From an uncultured Verrucomicrobiae bacterium (GTDB taxonomy: Bacteria > Verrucomicrobiota > Verrucomicrobiia > Chthoniobacterales > JAFAMB01), in assembly GCA_963813025.1 (NCBI GenBank), contig CAWEXO010000014.1:96001-160000 (forward strand): a stretch of 64,000 nucleotides of DNA, in the 5' to 3' direction. Positions within the stretch are counted from its first letter, which is position 1. Each line of letters begins with the position of its first letter. This document shows, piece after piece, positions 50,161 to 59,699 of the stretch. A program made the translations under genes and the position numbers. Below the pieces are notes generated by a model. That model had not been told where the DNA came from and made no database searches. It saw only the letters and a list, made by a program, of their open reading frames with translations.

Positions 50161-50890
50161 GCAGCGCTCCCGAAAAGATGTGAGTTTGAAAGGTTTTCTG
50201 GACATTTTCCGGTGTGAAGACCTCGTCGGTCTCGCCAAAGCCAACCAGCTCTCCGTTGAGAAAAATGAGCTGGTCAAACAACTCTCGAACCGTGCTCAAA
50301 TCGTGATGAGAAACGACGAGTAGATTACCGGCTCTGGCTAAGCGCCGGATCGTATTTCCCAGATGATCCTGCGTCGGCTTGTCCAGGCCGGAAAATGGCT
50401 CATCGAGCAAGAAGATGTGCGCTTCCTGGGCGAGCGCGCGAGCCAGAAACGCCCGTTGTTGCTGTCCGCCGGAGAGAGCGCTTATCTGGCGATCGGCCAG
50501 ACTCTCCAATTCCATGGTTTCAAGAGCGCGCGTGACCGCCAACCGATCGGAAGTCCTGAACGATCGCCACCAGCCTAATGCTTGATACCGTCCCATCTCA
50601 ACCAGGCCGCGGACCGTAATCGGAAAATCCCAGTCCACCATCGTGCGCTGCGGCAAATAGGCGATGGCGGAATTCGCGAGCTTGCGGTCCTGTCCATGAA
50701 AACGTGCGAATCCGGTTTCCAACGGAACGAGCCCGACCAACGCTTTGAAAAGCGAGGTTTTGCCGGCCCCATTCGGGCCGAGCAAGCCGACACAGGAACC
50801 ACAGTGCAGGACCAGATTCACATGATGGACAGCCGGCACTCGATGATAGGAAACCGTTAAATCATGGATTTCGAGTCTGTGGTCAGACAT
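50138..50890 (-). CDS. Zn/Mn ABC transporter ATP-binding protein
   Basis: GPNGAGKT, DWDFP, LSGGQQQR, LLDEPF, HHDL. Confidence 0.93.
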   Translation of the reverse strand: MSDHRLEIHDLTVSYHRVPAVHHVNLVLHCGSCVGLLGPNGAGKTSLFKALVGLVPLETGFARFHGQDRKLANSAIAYLPQRTMVDWDFPITVRGLVEMGRYQALGWWRSFRTSDRLAVTRALETMELESLADRQISALSGGQQQRAFLARALAQEAHIFLLDEPFSGLDKPTQDHLGNTIRRLARAGNLLVVSHHDLSTVRELFDQLIFLNGELVGFGETDEVFTPENVQKTFQTHIFSGALHAPGLGL

Positions 50891-50904
50891 GGGTTGTCGC
50901 AAAT

Positions 50905-51330
50905 CTACTTTTCCGGGGTAAATGTGAGTACGTCGCTCGCGTTCGTTGTTCCCCAGATCGTCTTCACGATGGAATCGGCATTCTTCGGAGTGAGCGCAAG
51001 CCGCACGGCCGTTTCCTTTTTTTCGGTCCACGAAACGTCGAGCACCAAGTCTATCCCTTCCGGTGGAAATCGCAGGTCGATGTCCGTAGCAACGCTTGGC
51101 GAACTCGATTCACCGTTCCAGATCGGTCGACCGTCATGGGTAACTTGAAATTTGAAAGGGACCGTCGTTGAGGTGAGCTCTAAATGAAGCTTCTCTTTGG
51201 CCGTTGTCGTTTCCGGTGGCCGTGCCGATACCGTTGCCACCCGGTGGTGGGTTAGGCTTCGTAGCGGTAAAAGCAGCGCGAGTAAAGCCAACACAGTCGC
51301 GATCGCGCGAACGAGCGGTGAGCCTCTCAT
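50905..51330 (-). CDS. Hypothetical exported or membrane-anchored protein inside the metal ABC operon
   Basis: 141-aa ORF with N-terminal hydrophobic helix, 2 nt from the binding-protein gene. Confidence 0.65.
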   Translation of the reverse strand: MRGSPLVRAIATVLALLALLLPLRSLTHHRVATVSARPPETTTAKEKLHLELTSTTVPFKFQVTHDGRPIWNGESSSPSVATDIDLRFPPEGIDLVLDVSWTEKKETAVRLALTPKNADSIVKTIWGTTNASDVLTFTPEK

Positions 51331-51332
51331 TA

Positions 51333-52244
51333 TTACTTCAACGAGTTGACCAGCGTGGTGATGTTATGCCTGACCATTCCTTCGTAAGTGCTTCCATCAC
51401 CGTCTCCCAGACCGTCAGCGTAAAGAGTTCCGCCGATCTTTGCGCCCGTTTCTCTGGTGATCTCTCGAGTGACTTTGGGGTTCAAGGTGTTCTCGACAAA
51501 AATCGCTTTGACCCGCTGCTGTTTTATTTGGTCGATAAGCTCGGCGACATGTCGATCCGACGGCTCGGTTTCAGTGCTGACGCCTTCGATGGCGTAGACT
51601 TTAAAGCCGTAGTCTTTGGAAAAATATTGGAAGGCGTCATGTGAGGTAACCAGCTTGCGCCCGTCGCGTGGCAACTCCGCCACTTTCCGCTTCGCCCATT
51701 GATCGAGTGTTTCCAGTTTCGTTCTATAGGAATTTGCATTCCGTTCGTAATCCGCCCGGCTGCCCGGATCGAGCTTGATCAGTTGATCGCGGACGATCGC
51801 AGTGGCCTTTTCGACGTTCGAGACGCTGTTCCACCAATGAGGATCGTCAATCATGCCGTTGCGATCCGCTGCCGTTTTGGCTTCGGGCTCATCCGGATCA
51901 GCTTTCATTTTCAAATTTGGCAGGGCATCGCCCACGGACAGGGACGCCGCCTTTCCTCCGGTCGCCTGCTGAACCTTGTCCAAATAATGTTCTAAATGTT
52001 TGCCCGAGAGCAGAATCAGTTGCGCGGAGCCGGCTTGTTTAAGGTCATCCGGGGTGGGCTGATACTCGTGCGGGTCTTGTCCGGGTTTGACCAACCCGGT
52101 CACAGCGACGTGCTGACCGCCAACCTGCTGGCCGATTTCGGTCAGCACAGTAGAGAACGAAGCGATCTTCAGCGGCTCTGCTCCTTGGGCGGAGAGGGCA
52201 CAGATGGATCCGCCGAATAGAAAAAGGAGAAAAGCTTTTGTCAT
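51333..52244 (-). CDS. Zn/Mn ABC transporter substrate-binding protein (TroA/ZnuA-like)
   Basis: DPHEY, DPHWW, TSHDAFQYF, LYADGL. Confidence 0.93.
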   Translation of the reverse strand: MTKAFLLFLFGGSICALSAQGAEPLKIASFSTVLTEIGQQVGGQHVAVTGLVKPGQDPHEYQPTPDDLKQAGSAQLILLSGKHLEHYLDKVQQATGGKAASLSVGDALPNLKMKADPDEPEAKTAADRNGMIDDPHWWNSVSNVEKATAIVRDQLIKLDPGSRADYERNANSYRTKLETLDQWAKRKVAELPRDGRKLVTSHDAFQYFSKDYGFKVYAIEGVSTETEPSDRHVAELIDQIKQQRVKAIFVENTLNPKVTREITRETGAKIGGTLYADGLGDGDGSTYEGMVRHNITTLVNSLK

Positions 52245-52264
52245 ATTGCTCTTTGATCATTCGC

Positions 52265-52290
52265 TTGCTGCAATGTATTTGCAATAGCAA
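52265..52290. promoter_or_regulatory. Putative Fur-family (Mur/Zur-like) operator
   Basis: TGCA-N7-TGCA palindrome (ttgctgcaatgtatttgcaatagcaa) about 25 nt upstream of the metal ABC operon. Confidence 0.55.
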
Positions 52291-52376
52291 TATGTCTCTC
52301 GATAACTCCATCGGTCCTGCGTCTCAAAAGAGCAGCAGAACTTTCCAGCGTAACTGGAGAATTCTGCTGCCACAGG

Positions 52377-52925
52377 CTAGCGAGCTCGCAAGAGGAACAA
52401 CCCTGATCCAAAAAACCAGAGCCCGATCGCAGCGAAGCAAAGGCCGACATACCAGAGCTGGGGGCGTTTGCTTAAAACCGAAATAGCGGCAATCGCGATA
52501 GCGATTTGAAACATCGTCACACTCCTGGCGAATCCGGAATGTACGGCGAGTCGGTGTCTGGCGCTTGTTTGCTTCTCTTCCGCGAGTCGCCTGATTTCCT
52601 CTTGTTCCTTGGTATACTGGTTTACTTTTTCCCGGTCAGCTGTTTCAATGGGATGTCCGAGCGCCTCCAACAACTCAATCTTAGATGCCAGGATGTTGGC
52701 CTTAACGCCTTTAGCTTGGTAATAACTCCATTGATCTGAGGCTTGGACCTGATCGATCACCGCCTCATTAGCTTCATGTCCGGCCAGGAGGGATCCGACC
52801 GCCGCAATCGCCGCGATGAAAGCGGAACTCAGGGCAACGCCGAGCACCCAGCGCTCGCGGCTGTGCTCTGCGTGATGATGCAGATCTTCATGCGTTTTCT
52901 CGAGCGGGACTTCCGGATCCTCCAT
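52377..52925 (-). CDS. DUF4337-like membrane protein
   Basis: ASDQWSYYQAK, FQIAIAIAAISVL. Confidence 0.8.
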   Translation of the reverse strand: MEDPEVPLEKTHEDLHHHAEHSRERWVLGVALSSAFIAAIAAVGSLLAGHEANEAVIDQVQASDQWSYYQAKGVKANILASKIELLEALGHPIETADREKVNQYTKEQEEIRRLAEEKQTSARHRLAVHSGFARSVTMFQIAIAIAAISVLSKRPQLWYVGLCFAAIGLWFFGSGLFLLRAR

Positions 52926-52999
52926 AGCTCTTTTGATGTTCGTCTTACTTAAACGATCCAGGCGGCCGAAGAACAGCGGTTTTCGACGAACCTGCCTGG

Positions 53000-54085
53000 C
53001 TATAGTCCTTCGTTGTAGAAAACATGCAGCCCGTCTTTACCGGGCGCGACGATATCCAGCCGCCCACTTCCGCGCAGGTCGGCCAGCGCGAATTCAATCC
53101 CGCAGCCCGCCCCTGTTCCGAATTCGCCGTAGCTTACGATTTGTTTCGCAAAGCCTTCACCCGTCCACTTGAAGTAATAAATTCCAAGATTATCGAATTC
53201 CCCCGGATCCCGCCCGCAGTGCGCTCGGTACCGTTTTCCGGTGATCAGTTCATTTTGGCCGTCGCCATCGATGTCCCGCCAATGGAGATCGTGGTATTGC
53301 GAGTTAAACGGATCGATGGGATGTCGCACCCATTGCCGGATGCCGAAAGCATCACGACGCTGCTCCCACCAGCTGAGTCCATAACTGTGTGAATTACCAA
53401 CGATCAGGTCGCTGAGCCCATCGCCGTTGACATCGGCCACGATAATCGGAATGCTCGCGTCCCGTCCGAGATCGAACTCCCGATGTAAAGTCCAGGGACC
53501 GGAAAAAGGTTCCTGTGGCGGTTCCAGCCAACCCCGGTTGAGCACAAAATCTCCCCGACCGTCTCCGTCAATATCGCCAAATCCGAGACCGTGCCCGTGC
53601 GCTTCCGGATAAATCTCGTGGGCAACGAACTTCGCTTCGCCACGGCCTTTTTTGTCGACCAGCAGTTTGTAGGCGACGAGCGGATTATAGGGAGTATTCG
53701 GAACAACTTCGAGCAGACCATCCTGGTCAATATCCCAGGCCCTGGTCGTTTCCACCTTTCCGGTAATCGCGATCAGGTGCTCCGACCAGACTTTGCCTGG
53801 TTCTCCCGGGTTTTTCCTCCACCGTATATTCTGGCCAAACCACCCGCCGGTCACAAAATCCAGGCGACCGTCTCCGTCGACATCGAGCGCAATCGTCGAG
53901 AAATCGTCAAAATATTCGCCGGTCCGCATGACTTCACCGATATAATGCCATTGGTGAAAGTCTGGTCCTTGGTACCAGTAGGCGCCCGAGACGATGTCGA
54001 GCACTCCGTCACCGTCCACATCGAAAACTCCAGCGCTCTCGAAGGCGCGCGCGGCGATCAGTTTTTTGGTAAATTTGAGGGGCAT
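53000..54085 (-). CDS. FG-GAP/VCBS repeat protein
   Basis: Seven DxDGDGxxD-type repeats; no signal peptide. Confidence 0.85.
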   Translation of the reverse strand: MPLKFTKKLIAARAFESAGVFDVDGDGVLDIVSGAYWYQGPDFHQWHYIGEVMRTGEYFDDFSTIALDVDGDGRLDFVTGGWFGQNIRWRKNPGEPGKVWSEHLIAITGKVETTRAWDIDQDGLLEVVPNTPYNPLVAYKLLVDKKGRGEAKFVAHEIYPEAHGHGLGFGDIDGDGRGDFVLNRGWLEPPQEPFSGPWTLHREFDLGRDASIPIIVADVNGDGLSDLIVGNSHSYGLSWWEQRRDAFGIRQWVRHPIDPFNSQYHDLHWRDIDGDGQNELITGKRYRAHCGRDPGEFDNLGIYYFKWTGEGFAKQIVSYGEFGTGAGCGIEFALADLRGSGRLDIVAPGKDGLHVFYNEGL

Positions 54086-54284
54086 AAATACAGGTCCTTT
54101 GCCGGATTTAACGTTGGTCAGTGGAAATCTTCGGAGGATCTTTTAAACAAGGTCAGATACTGTTCGGAAATCTCCAGATCAAGCATCGAATCCGGACAAA
54201 TCGTTGCGTAGCTTCTGCTAAATTTCTTCGGCGTTCTGGTTTCCTGGCGCCGTGGCCCTGCGGAGGTGGCCAGCTTGTCCGGAT

Positions 54285-54381
54285 CGAGATGTGCTCCAAC
54301 ACCAAGGAGGTCAAGCGGGAGCTTGCCCAGGAGCTTGCCCCAAGAGCTTGCCCTACCGACCTGGGTGTCGAGACAATCTCT
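54285..54381 (-). repeat. Repeat family B, inverted, 3 CAAGCTC units
   Basis: ggtcaagcgggagcttgcccaggagcttgccccaagagcttgccctaccgacc...gagacaatctct. Confidence 0.85.
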
Positions 54382-54556
54382 TTATTGGAGCCGGACGGTG
54401 AACCTCAACTGTTCAGCTCATCCGAAATCCTCGCAGGATCGCTTGCGCAAGGGCCGTAAGACTTTTTCGCGGAGTCACGGCCCTCCAGGACAGACAATCT
54501 GACGTGAGCCTACGCGATCGGCGGGACTGCGCTGGCGAGATGCCGATATTGTTTGG

Positions 54557-55024
54557 TCATTGAGCTGTGGTGGTGTTTGCTGAGGACGCTCGAGCGGCGC
54601 GCGCTGCGCGCAATTTGGCGAGGCGTTCTGCCTTGAGTGAAGCCAGTTTTTGCCGTTGCTCATCAGTCAACAGCGCATCCAGATCACCGTCGTACTGTTT
54701 ACGTAAGGCCGCCAGCTTCTGCCGTCTCTCTTTGGGTTGCAGAGATGCATCCTGACGAACCGCGTTCACGCTATCGACGTAGGTGCTGATCAGGGGCGTT
54801 GCTTTGGTTTCCTGGTCCGCCGTTAAGTCGATGGTCTTTTTTAGGCGGGTCAACTTCGCCCGCTTACTCGCCTCCGGGCTGCGCCGTCGCGCTTGTTGGT
54901 TCACCGCGGCGGAGGATAGCGCAACCAACTGGGTTGACGAATCGTTTATTGCTTGGGCACGCGCACCGGACAAGCCGCTCAGAAGGGCTAGTAATACTAC
55001 ACAATATATAGATGTTGGATTCAT
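54557..55024 (-). CDS. Secreted helical protein, Spy/CpxP (LTxxQ)-like
   Basis: Signal peptide; LTADQ and LLTDEQ motifs. Confidence 0.65.
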   Translation of the reverse strand: MNPTSIYCVVLLALLSGLSGARAQAINDSSTQLVALSSAAVNQQARRRSPEASKRAKLTRLKKTIDLTADQETKATPLISTYVDSVNAVRQDASLQPKERRQKLAALRKQYDGDLDALLTDEQRQKLASLKAERLAKLRAARAARASSANTTTAQ

Positions 55025-55116
55025 AATCGCGCGAGATGAAAACATAAAATATATAAGTTGTAAACTATTTTTTTGCCGCTTTTTTAACCACGGCGGATGT
55101 CGACGTCCAGCGTGTT

Positions 55117-55250
55117 TTGGAGTGCGCGCTTCCTCCTTCGCCCTCGCGACTCGGGCTATGGCGAGGCACGCTTGTCGCCGCCTTCTGACCGCGCGGCCAG
55201 CCCGCCGTAGCTGAGTCGCGAGAGCGAAGGAGGAAGCGCGACTCGCCAAC
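55117..55250. repeat. Family C palindrome carrying the insert module in both arms
   Basis: gcgcttcctccttcgccctcgcgactcgggctatggcg / cgccgtagctgagtcgcgagagcgaaggaggaagcgc. Confidence 0.7.
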
Positions 55251-55743
55251 TAAGCGGGTCTTTTCATCAGGGAGCTCCGCACCTAGTCCGACTTTTCCTC
55301 AAAAATCTTGTTTTCCCTGCGAAAGATTTCGGAGAGGACGAAGACATGCCCCGGAGGGGCGAATTGAAAATAGGCCGGCAATTCATTGCCGGTTATGCCA
55401 AGCCACAACGTTGCGTCCTGGAGGGTCGCGCGAAATTCTGATGTTGAACTTCACGCAAGTTCCCGAGGTTTTCCCCTCGGGTGAGGCGCACGGCCTCGTT
55501 GCGTCACCTCCTGGGATACGGACGAGGCCGTCCGCGCTACGCAAGCGCGTTCACTTCAACCTGGTGGCAGTCGGATATGTTCGAGTCCGAGGACGATTCG
55601 GTTGCGGCTACGCCGCGCTGTGCGCTTCGGTTGAAACTCTTCGGTGTTCTCGTTTCCCGCCGATGACGTCGAAGATCTCAAGGTTGCGGGTCAGAGTACT
55701 CCAGGGTAACCTTTGCCTTTTTTCCGGCTTAAAGGATCTGTCA

Positions 55744-56955
55744 GTGAAACACACAATCGCGACCGCTGCCCCGGAGAACACCGCGGATCGGCTAACCTGG
55801 ACTGCCCAGAGCTCGGCCGGTTCGATCGAGGTGGCAAAGGTGGTGCCGGAAAAGGATCGGGCAATCTGGAGCGCCAGTTTTCAAAAGTATGCGGCTGATC
55901 ATCGGTATTATGACCTGATTAGCCAAACGCTGGCCGATCAGTTCGATCACCGGTTTTTGCTGCTCGGGGATCACGACGGCTCAACCCGGGCCGTCCAACC
56001 AGTCTTTCTCGTCAGCCAGGATCTTTTAATCGGTCTGCCGAACCCGGTCCGTCGCATGGTCGCCAAAATTCGCAGCCGGTTTCCGTCTTTCTTGAAATGT
56101 CGGATGTTAATGATTGGCAACTCCGCCGGAGAAGGCGATTTAGCGTTAGATGCGAGAACCGGAGACCCGGCTTGGACGGCACTCGTTTTGAAAGAAAACT
56201 TGACGCTGATCGCCCGAAAGCTTGGGGCTGCCTTGATCGTCTTCAAAGACTTTCCGCAAAGCTATCGCTCCATCTTGGACGACTTGCGCACAGCCGGATT
56301 TACCCGTATTCCCAGCATGCCGGCTACCAGCCTCCAATTAGATTTCGGAACGTTTGACGAGTACCTGCATCATTACTTAAGCCATGCGATGCGCAAGAAT
56401 CTGCGACGAAAATTTCGCAAAGCCGAACAAGGCCTGACGCTCACCTTCGAGGCATTGACCGATGTTTCGCCTTATGTCGACGACCTTTTGGCTCTGTATT
56501 CCGCAGTTTTCCAACGCTCAAAGCTTCATTTTGAAAAGCTGAATGCCGCGTATCTCTCTGGTTTAGGTAAAAGCATGCCGGATCGGGCGCGCTTTTTTCT
56601 CTGGCGGCACAACGGTCGGATCATCGCGTTTGCCTCCTGTCTCGTGAGTGACGGGGTGCTGAAAGATAACTACATCGGCCTCGATTACTCACTGGCCTTG
56701 GAATATCACCTTTATTTCCTGACTTGGCGGGACACGATTTCCTGGGCGGTGCAGAACGGTTGCCGCATCTATCACAGTGCACCGCTCAACTACGATCCCA
56801 AACTGCATTTCCGGATGAAGCTTGATCCCCTGGATCTTTACGTGAGGGCGGCCTGGGATTGGCTCAATCCGTTGTTGCGGCGTTTGCTGCCGCTGATGGA
56901 ACCGACCCGCTACGATCATTCGATCCAGCAGTTTCCGAACAGAGGTGAGTTGTAA
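55744..56955 (+). CDS. GNAT/FemAB-like acyltransferase
   Basis: TFDEYL..LS..MRKNLRRK, FEKLN, YIGLDY, NYDPK. GTG start after AAGGA inferred. Confidence 0.75.
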   Translation: MKHTIATAAPENTADRLTWTAQSSAGSIEVAKVVPEKDRAIWSASFQKYAADHRYYDLISQTLADQFDHRFLLLGDHDGSTRAVQPVFLVSQDLLIGLPNPVRRMVAKIRSRFPSFLKCRMLMIGNSAGEGDLALDARTGDPAWTALVLKENLTLIARKLGAALIVFKDFPQSYRSILDDLRTAGFTRIPSMPATSLQLDFGTFDEYLHHYLSHAMRKNLRRKFRKAEQGLTLTFEALTDVSPYVDDLLALYSAVFQRSKLHFEKLNAAYLSGLGKSMPDRARFFLWRHNGRIIAFASCLVSDGVLKDNYIGLDYSLALEYHLYFLTWRDTISWAVQNGCRIYHSAPLNYDPKLHFRMKLDPLDLYVRAAWDWLNPLLRRLLPLMEPTRYDHSIQQFPNRGEL

Positions 56956-57024
56956 GGATTCACGTTTTGAGTTTCGCGATCCTCTCCGTGACGCGGTCGG
57001 ACCTGTTCCGCTAGGCGAAAATTC

Positions 57025-57088
57025 AGAGATTGTCTCGCAGTACCCAAGGTCGGTAGGGGCAAGCTCCGGGCAAGCTCCTGCTTGACCC
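57025..57088 (+). repeat. Repeat family B, 2 CAAGCTC units
   Basis: agagattgtctcgcagtacccaaggtcggtaggggcaagctccgggcaagctcctgcttgaccc. Confidence 0.85.
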
Positions 57089-57150
57089 ACGTACGTTGCA
57101 AAAGCGATGGCTGCGCGTGATTCGCTGAGGTAGTTTAGTCGGGAAATTCT

Positions 57151-58173
57151 GTGCCTTTCCCCTCTGACAAAACAGCTTCTACCCAGGCGAACGAAAAGCC
57201 GTCCGTTGATGACCCGTCCCCCGATGTGGTCACCATTGGCGAAGCCTTGCTGCGCTTTTCGGCGCCGCTTGGTTCCTTGATCGCCGACGCTCCAACATTT
57301 TCGGTCCATGTTGCAGGAACGGAGTTGAATGTGGCCGCGGCAGTGGCGCGGATGGGCTACCACGCGGCATGGCTGTCGCTCTTACCCGCAACTTCGCTGG
57401 GCCGGCGAGTTGCTGAGCATGCCCGGCTCTCCGGCGTCGATGACCATTTCGTCAAGTGGGCGCCGGAAGGCCGGCTTGGCACTTATTTCTTTGAACCGGG
57501 GACCAGCCCGCGGTCAGCTCGAGTGATTTATGATCGGGCCAATTCAACTGCGACAACGATGGAATTTGGCCAATTCGATTGGCCCCGGCTGACGCGCGCC
57601 CGCTTCCTGCACCTGACCGGTATCACCGTTGGAATTTCCCGGCAGGGTGCCGAATTGGTCAGGCGCGCGATCGAATGGGCCCGAAACGAGGGGATCCACG
57701 TTGTCTTCGATGTCAATTATCGTGCTCTGCTGTGGAATCCGCAGCTTTGTCGCAGGCAGCTCGAGCCGCTTTTGGCAAACATCGATGTCCTCCTCACGAG
57801 TTCGCGAGACGCCGAAATCGTTTTCGGTTTGGAAGGACCGCCGGAAAAGATCCTGCAGAAACTGTTGGAAATTTGCGGCTGTAAAATGGCGGCGCTCACC
57901 ACCGGGGCGGCCGGTGCGGTGGGCTGGTCCGGTCAGGAATACCTTTTCGTGCCGGGCTATTCCGTAGAAATGGTCAACCGAGTAGGGGCGGGCGACAGCT
58001 TTGCGGCCGGTATTCTCTTTGGATTGCTTGAAGGCGACTTTCATCGGGGTATTCGCTATGGAGTAGCGATGAGCGCTTTGACCCTGACGTTGGCCGGCGA
58101 CACCTTCGCGTTTACCCGCCAGGAAGTCGATGACCTGCTTGAATTCGGTCCGGGAGCGACCATCGTTCGCTAA
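57151..58173 (+). CDS. kdgK: PfkB-family sugar kinase, 2-keto-3-deoxygluconate kinase-like
   Basis: GEALLR, AGTELNVA, VIYDR, HLTGIT, FDVNYR..LW, RVGAGDSF. Confidence 0.8.
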   Translation: MPFPSDKTASTQANEKPSVDDPSPDVVTIGEALLRFSAPLGSLIADAPTFSVHVAGTELNVAAAVARMGYHAAWLSLLPATSLGRRVAEHARLSGVDDHFVKWAPEGRLGTYFFEPGTSPRSARVIYDRANSTATTMEFGQFDWPRLTRARFLHLTGITVGISRQGAELVRRAIEWARNEGIHVVFDVNYRALLWNPQLCRRQLEPLLANIDVLLTSSRDAEIVFGLEGPPEKILQKLLEICGCKMAALTTGAAGAVGWSGQEYLFVPGYSVEMVNRVGAGDSFAAGILFGLLEGDFHRGIRYGVAMSALTLTLAGDTFAFTRQEVDDLLEFGPGATIVR

Positions 58174-58180
58174 GACAACA

Positions 58181-58822
58181 ATGGAAACGATCAGAGAACG
58201 CCTCTTTCAGGCTCGCATCGTGGCAATTGTTCGAGGTGATTACTCGACGGCTGAGATTGACACTATTGTCATCAGCCTGGTCGAAGGAGGGATCAAAGCC
58301 CTCGAGATTACCGCGAACTCGGCGGACTGGCAGCGGCATCTTCAGACAATTGGCAGTTCCTACGGCAAGGAAATTCTACTCGGCGCTGGAACGATCCTCG
58401 ATCTCGAAGAAGCTGCGGCGGCTGAAGCGGCCGGAGCCAAGTTCATTATCTCGCCGCATTTCGATGCGGAGTTGGTTCGTTGGAGTGTGGCTCACGGCCT
58501 TGAACCCATCCCGGGCGTGGTGACACCAACCGAAATCGTAAGCGCTCTTCGACAGGGCGCAGAAATCGTAAAGCTCTTTCCGGCATCTCACTTCGGGGCT
58601 GGCTATGTGCGGGCGCTGCGGGCACCGCTCAACCAGGCGGAATTCATGGTGACGGGCGGCGTTGACGCGACAAACATTCGGAGCTTCTTCGAGGCTGGCG
58701 CACGCATGGCCGGAATCGGTGGTAACCTCGTGCCGAAGCAGGTTTCTCCCGGGAAAGGCCCGGATGAACGGATCTTGCGGACCGCTCGACAGCTTTTAGC
58801 CTGCATCGATCCCAAATCTTAG
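58181..58822 (+). CDS. eda: KDPG/KHG aldolase
   Basis: VAIVRG, LEIT, GAGT, ISP, TPTEI, KLFPA, TGGV. Confidence 0.88.
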   Translation: METIRERLFQARIVAIVRGDYSTAEIDTIVISLVEGGIKALEITANSADWQRHLQTIGSSYGKEILLGAGTILDLEEAAAAEAAGAKFIISPHFDAELVRWSVAHGLEPIPGVVTPTEIVSALRQGAEIVKLFPASHFGAGYVRALRAPLNQAEFMVTGGVDATNIRSFFEAGARMAGIGGNLVPKQVSPGKGPDERILRTARQLLACIDPKS

Positions 58823-59063
58823 CGATTCGGGATCGATGCAGGCTCGCAATGGAGTTCACGCGGGCCATCCCTGACCGGACTGCGGCAGCGGTGTTTGCTG
58901 CAACCTTTCCGCAAGAGGAAACAGCCGGCGTGGAGCAGTGGAACGCAAATGGCGGAGCGTTTTCTGGTCGAGGGCTCAGCACTAATTGGCTGCGAGATGT
59001 TGCCAAAGCTGATCGCCCCAGTCGCCCTGAAGCGATAACCCTGCCCAGACGAAGATTTTGGCA

Positions 59064-59261
59064 CTAACCGCCCTTGTGTGCCTGAGTGTCCGGGCAGTTT
59101 TCGGTTACTCGCTGATCCGCACGGGCAGGCATCTGTTCAGCGAAAGCCGGGTCTTCCGGTGTGAGCGGTTGCGGCTCACCGTAGGTAAGGGGCGTTTTCC
59201 TCCGCTTTGCCTTCTCGAGCTTTGAGTCCGGCACCGGTTCCTGGGAAGAATCAGAGCTCAT
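59064..59261 (-). CDS. Small hypothetical protein
   Basis: 65-aa ATG ORF; no recognised motif. Confidence 0.35.
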   Translation of the reverse strand: MSSDSSQEPVPDSKLEKAKRRKTPLTYGEPQPLTPEDPAFAEQMPARADQRVTENCPDTQAHKGG

Positions 59262-59394
59262 CTATCAACGATATAACAAAGCATCATTTGGCGACTCTCG
59301 CACCAAAATTCATCATGACTTCGGTCGGTCTGCGGCCGTCTGCACGTCCCTCAAACGGATCCTGGCGAGCAGGTTTGGATCCTCTCCAAGCCGA

Positions 59395-59466
59395 TCCGAA
59401 AGCGGCGACAAGGCCGGCCGCGCCGTAGGCGAGCGCAGCGAAGGGAAGGAGGGTCGCACGGCTCCA
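59395..59466 (-). repeat. Family C copy with 41-nt insert
   Basis: Reverse complement resembles 1355-1428. Confidence 0.7.
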
Positions 59467-59562
59467 CGACCACTGCGACCAAACTATTTGCACCGCAACG
59501 CAAACGCGTTGTGCGACACGCTCCTTGTTTAAGGCAGAACTCGGGGCAGACCACGCACTCCA

Positions 59563-59637
59563 GGCGGCTCAAACAAGTTCTCGCTAAAGCTCGAATGAAT
59601 TTTCGCCCTACCGGCAGAGGGCGGCGAGACACTCTCT
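59563..59637 (-). repeat. Family A half element
   Basis: ggctcaaacaagttctcgctaaagctcgaatgaattttcgccctaccgg...gcgagacactctct. Confidence 0.8.
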
Positions 59638-59699
59638 GGCCTCTCGTCCAACCCATCCCTCCATTCCGCGTCCTACAGGTTCGCAAAGTCCGACAGGTC

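Noticed and set aside
55411..55743. N-terminal extension of the GNAT ORF
   Set aside because: It overlaps repeat-like intergenic sequence; a better start with RBS lies at 55744.
58819..59067. Small ORFs after eda
   Set aside because: Overlapping ORFs on both strands, none with motif or start-site support.
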